This document shows, piece after piece, positions 60,912-64,000 of a stretch of DNA of 64,000 nt. The notes below the pieces were generated by a model. It did not search any database, was not told the DNA's origin, and worked only from the letters and a program-made list of their open reading frames with translations. The stretch's first letter is position 1. Every line of letters begins with the position of its first letter. Position numbers and translations under genes: made by a program. This DNA is from Dictyostelium discoideum (lineage: Eukaryota), in assembly GCA_000004695.1 (NCBI GenBank), contig CM000152.2:4480001-4544000 (forward strand), given 5' to 3'.

Positions 60912-63355
60912 TTAATATCTTCTATTTAAAGTAGTTTCAACTTCACATGGTTTAATATCCCAAATTTGTTCAGCATATTCATTCATAGCTCTATCAGAAG
61001 AGAAGAAATAAGTTGAAGCACTGTTAATGATTGATTTTTTAACCCAAGCACTTTGATCTTTCCATAATTCATCAACTGAAGCTTGAGAGTCAAGGTAGAG
61101 TGGGAAATCTTGAATGCTTAAGTAGAAATCACTAAAGATTAAAGAGTCCAAGATTGGTCTGAAAACATCTGGTGGACCAAATGTACCTAATTCAATATTA
61201 AGGAATACCTCTTGAAGACGTGGGTCAATGTTGACTTCTTTGTTTGTCATTTTTTCACGAGCAGCTTCAACTTCACTTGTACGTAAACCAAAGATAAACA
61301 TATTCTCTTGACCAACTTCTTCGGCGATTTCAACATTTGCACCATCCAAAGTACCAATGATTAAACTACCATTCATAGTGAATTTCATGTTACTAGTACC
61401 AGAGGCTTCGGTACCAGCGGTTGAAATTTGTTGATTGATATCAGAGGCTGGAACGATGACTTGAGCGATTGAAACGTTGTAATTTGCAATGAAAACAACC
61501 TTGAGGTATTGATCGACCTCTTTATCACGGTTGATAACCTCGGCAACAGAGTTGATTAATTTGATATGTCTTTTAGCCATAACATAACCTGGGGCAGCTT
61601 TACCGGCGAAAATTACAACACGTGGTACAACTTGAGCTCTATCTTTTGGAGACATCTTTTTAATGGAAAGATAACGATAGATGACAGAGAGAATATTTAA
61701 TAATTGTCTCTTGTATTCGTGAATTCTCTTGATATGAACATCAAAGAGAGCGTTTGGATTAACATGAATACCACAATGTTTAAGGATGAATTCAGCTAAA
61801 CGTTGTTTATTGCCTTGTTTAACGTATTTCCATTCAGCGATTAACTCTGGATTATCCATATGTTCCTTGATACCTTTGACCAATTCTAAATTGGTTGTCC
61901 ATTTATCGGTACCTAACCATTTGGTGAAGATAGCGGATAAACCTGGGTTAGCTTGTTCAATCCAACGTCTTGGAGTGACACCATTGGTTTTGTTTTGGAA
62001 TTTCTCTGGCCAGAGACAAAAGAAATCTGGGAATACCTTATGTTTGACCAATTCAGAGTGCATAGCAGCGACACCATTTACACAATGTGAACCAACGATA
62101 GCGAGATGAGCCATTCTGACTCTCTTCTCTTCACCTTCTTGAATGATGGAGAGACCTCTCATTTTACCGATATCACCTGGCCATTTTTGAGTGACTTGAA
62201 TGAGGAAACGATGATTGATACCATAGATGAGTTGCATATGACGTGGAAGGAGATCTTCGATCAAACTAACTGGCCACATTTCCAAAGCTTCTGGAAGAAT
62301 GGTATGATTGGTGTAAGCAAAGGTTTTGGTAACGATATCCCAAGCCTCTTCCCATTGAAGACCTTCCTCATCGATGAGTTTTCTAAAGAGTTCAACTACA
62401 CCAATGGTTGGATGAGTATCATTCAATTGAATGGCTACTTTATTTGGGAAATCTTGCCAATTTTGATGAGATTTCTTGAAACGTCTAATGACATCACAAA
62501 GGGTGGCAGCAACAAAGAAGTATTGTTGTTTCAATCTTAATTCTTTACCAGAGTAGGTGTTATCATTTGGATAGAGGACCGATGTGATATTCTCTGATCT
62601 TTGTTTAGCTTCTACGGCAGATAAATAGTTACCACCATTGAATGCATCCAAATCAAACTCTTTATGTGGTTTGCTTGACCAAAGACGAATGTTATTGGTG
62701 TTGGTGGTATGATAGCCTGGTACTGGTGTATCGTAAGCGATTGCTTGTACCAATTCACCATGATCCCATTCAAATTTACTACCATCACTTGATTTCTTCT
62801 CTGTGACTTGACCATAGAAACGAACGGTGTATTGAACATCCAAACGTTCAATCTCCCATGGATTACCAGCTACCAACCAATAATCTGGTACCTCGGTTTG
62901 ATAACCATCATAGATACCTTGTTCAAACATACCATAATTATAACGAAGACCATAACCCCATGCTGGATACTTTAATGTTGCCAATGAATCCATGAAACAT
63001 GCAGCTAAACGACCCAAACCACCATTACCCAATGCAGCATCTTTCTCCTCTTCGTAGAGGTCTTCCATTTCAAAGCCCAACTCTAACAAGGCATTATGAT
63101 ATTCATCTTTGAGATTCATATTGTAAATTGCATTTTGTAATGATCTACCCATTAAAAATTCCATTGATAAATAGTAAACTCTCTTTGGATCTCTCTCTGT
63201 ATAGTATTGTTGTGTTTCATTCCATCTTTCAATTAAACGATCTCTAACACTATATGCTGATCCTTGATATGCTGAAAATGAATCAAAATTATATTTTGTT
63301 CTTGCTAATGTATATTCAACATGATCTAAAATATCTTTTTGAATTGAATCTTCAT
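60912..63355 (-). CDS. glpV: Glycogen phosphorylase, main exon. The total protein is 853 aa with the 5' exon.
   Basis: Phosphorylase motifs are present, including the pyridoxal-phosphate Lys region ([30 protein letters not shown]), and the N-terminal region [25 protein letters not shown]...[15 protein letters not shown]...[15 protein letters not shown] is conserved. The frame is open upstream of the annotated Met to AG at 63356-63357. Confidence 0.85.
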
Positions 63356-63356
63356 C

Positions 63357-63387
<31 letters not shown>

Positions 63388-63493
63388 TAAAAAAAAAAAA
63401 AGAAAAATAAAAAAAAAATAATAAAAATAAAAATTTTATAATATGTTAATATTTATTATAATTATTTAAATTATTATTATTATTAATAGTTAC

Positions 63494-63611
63494 CATTTTT
63501 TAAGAAATCAGTTTTAAGAGCAAATAATTTACTACCCTTCTTCTTTTCAGTTGGTGGTACAACACCAGTTGTAGTTCTGGCAGTATGTTTCAATGGAATG
63601 GTTGTTGACAT
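63494..63611 (-). CDS. glpV: Glycogen phosphorylase 5' exon ([39 protein letters not shown]), joined across a 138-bp intron at 63356..63493.
   Basis: The minus-strand ATG at 63611 is followed by a GTAACT donor at 63493 after 118 nt (phase 1). The AG acceptor at 63356-63357 gives ...FLKN|DEDSIQ... in frame. The summed 853-aa length matches Dictyostelium glycogen phosphorylase 1. Confidence 0.55.
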
Positions 63612-63729
63612 TGTTTTTTTTTATTTTATTTTAATGTTTCAAAAATTGAAATGAATAAATTTAAATTATTGAACAATTATTTATTTAAAAACAAGCGCAC
63701 TTGAATTATTAATTATATGGAAAAATGAA

Positions 63730-63765
<36 letters not shown>

Positions 63766-64000
63766 ACTTTATAAATAAAAAATTATAAAAAAAAAAAAGA
63801 AAACTATTATAATAATTAATAAAAGAAAATTATTAATATTAATAAAAATAATAAAATTTTTTATTTTTTTTATTTTTAATGATTTTAATTTGCAGGGTTT
63901 TTGATGAAAATAAAAATTAAAAATAATTAAAAAAAAATAATAAAAAAATAATAAAAAAAAACAATATTATAAACGCTAAATTATAAATTATATAAATATT

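Noticed and set aside
61786-62851. ORFs 61786..62109, 62106..62540 and 62612..62851 within glycogen phosphorylase.
   Set aside because: They are antisense or alternate frames of a strongly conserved enzyme exon.

Overview
The window is nuclear DNA with the hallmarks of Dictyostelium discoideum. It is about 78% A+T, with extreme homopolymer and AAT/ATT/CAA tracts, poly-N and poly-Q coding repeats, and short AT-rich introns bounded by GTAAGT/GTATGT and AG. It also carries tRNA genes with an external B box and tRNA-targeted non-LTR retrotransposons. Roughly 20 protein-coding genes are supported, most of them spliced, and the ORF track fragments many of them. In window order these are: an ATAD2/Yta7-like AAA+ bromodomain ATPase (2 exons), a bacterial-type Glk glucokinase (6 exons), the MADS-box factor srfA behind a ~6 kb AT-rich upstream region, a C9orf85-like zinc-ribbon protein with an acidic tail, mitochondrial ribosomal protein L17, lysyl-tRNA synthetase, a two-exon 40-aa Cys-rich micro-ORF, an ERCC6/CSB-like SNF2 helicase, an alkylglycerol monooxygenase (TMEM195) homolog, tRNA-Leu(UAA) with an ex-B box, a MINDY-family deubiquitinase, a small signal-peptide/TM protein, rasC, and a divergent CCT/TCP-1 chaperonin paralog. 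They are followed by a transposon cluster around tRNA-Leu(AAG). The cluster holds a 5'-truncated TRE5-like fragment upstream of the tRNA, then a truncated and a full-length TRE3-like non-LTR element downstream. After these come a ~1.8 kb non-coding element with ~220-bp terminal inverted repeats and another TRE 3' fragment. Downstream lie a signal-peptide/EGF-like/TM surface-protein locus interrupted by stops (possible pseudogene, plus a tandem partial paralog), a Cu/Zn superoxide dismutase whose 3' end is duplicated as a 140-bp fragment 2.3 kb away, a 3-exon hypothetical gene, and glycogen phosphorylase (probably glpV, 2 exons). No prokaryotic-style defence system is present. The less usual items are the divergent chaperonin paralog, the Cys-rich micro-gene, the TIR element nested in the tRNA-associated retroelement cluster, and a GC-richer non-coding island.
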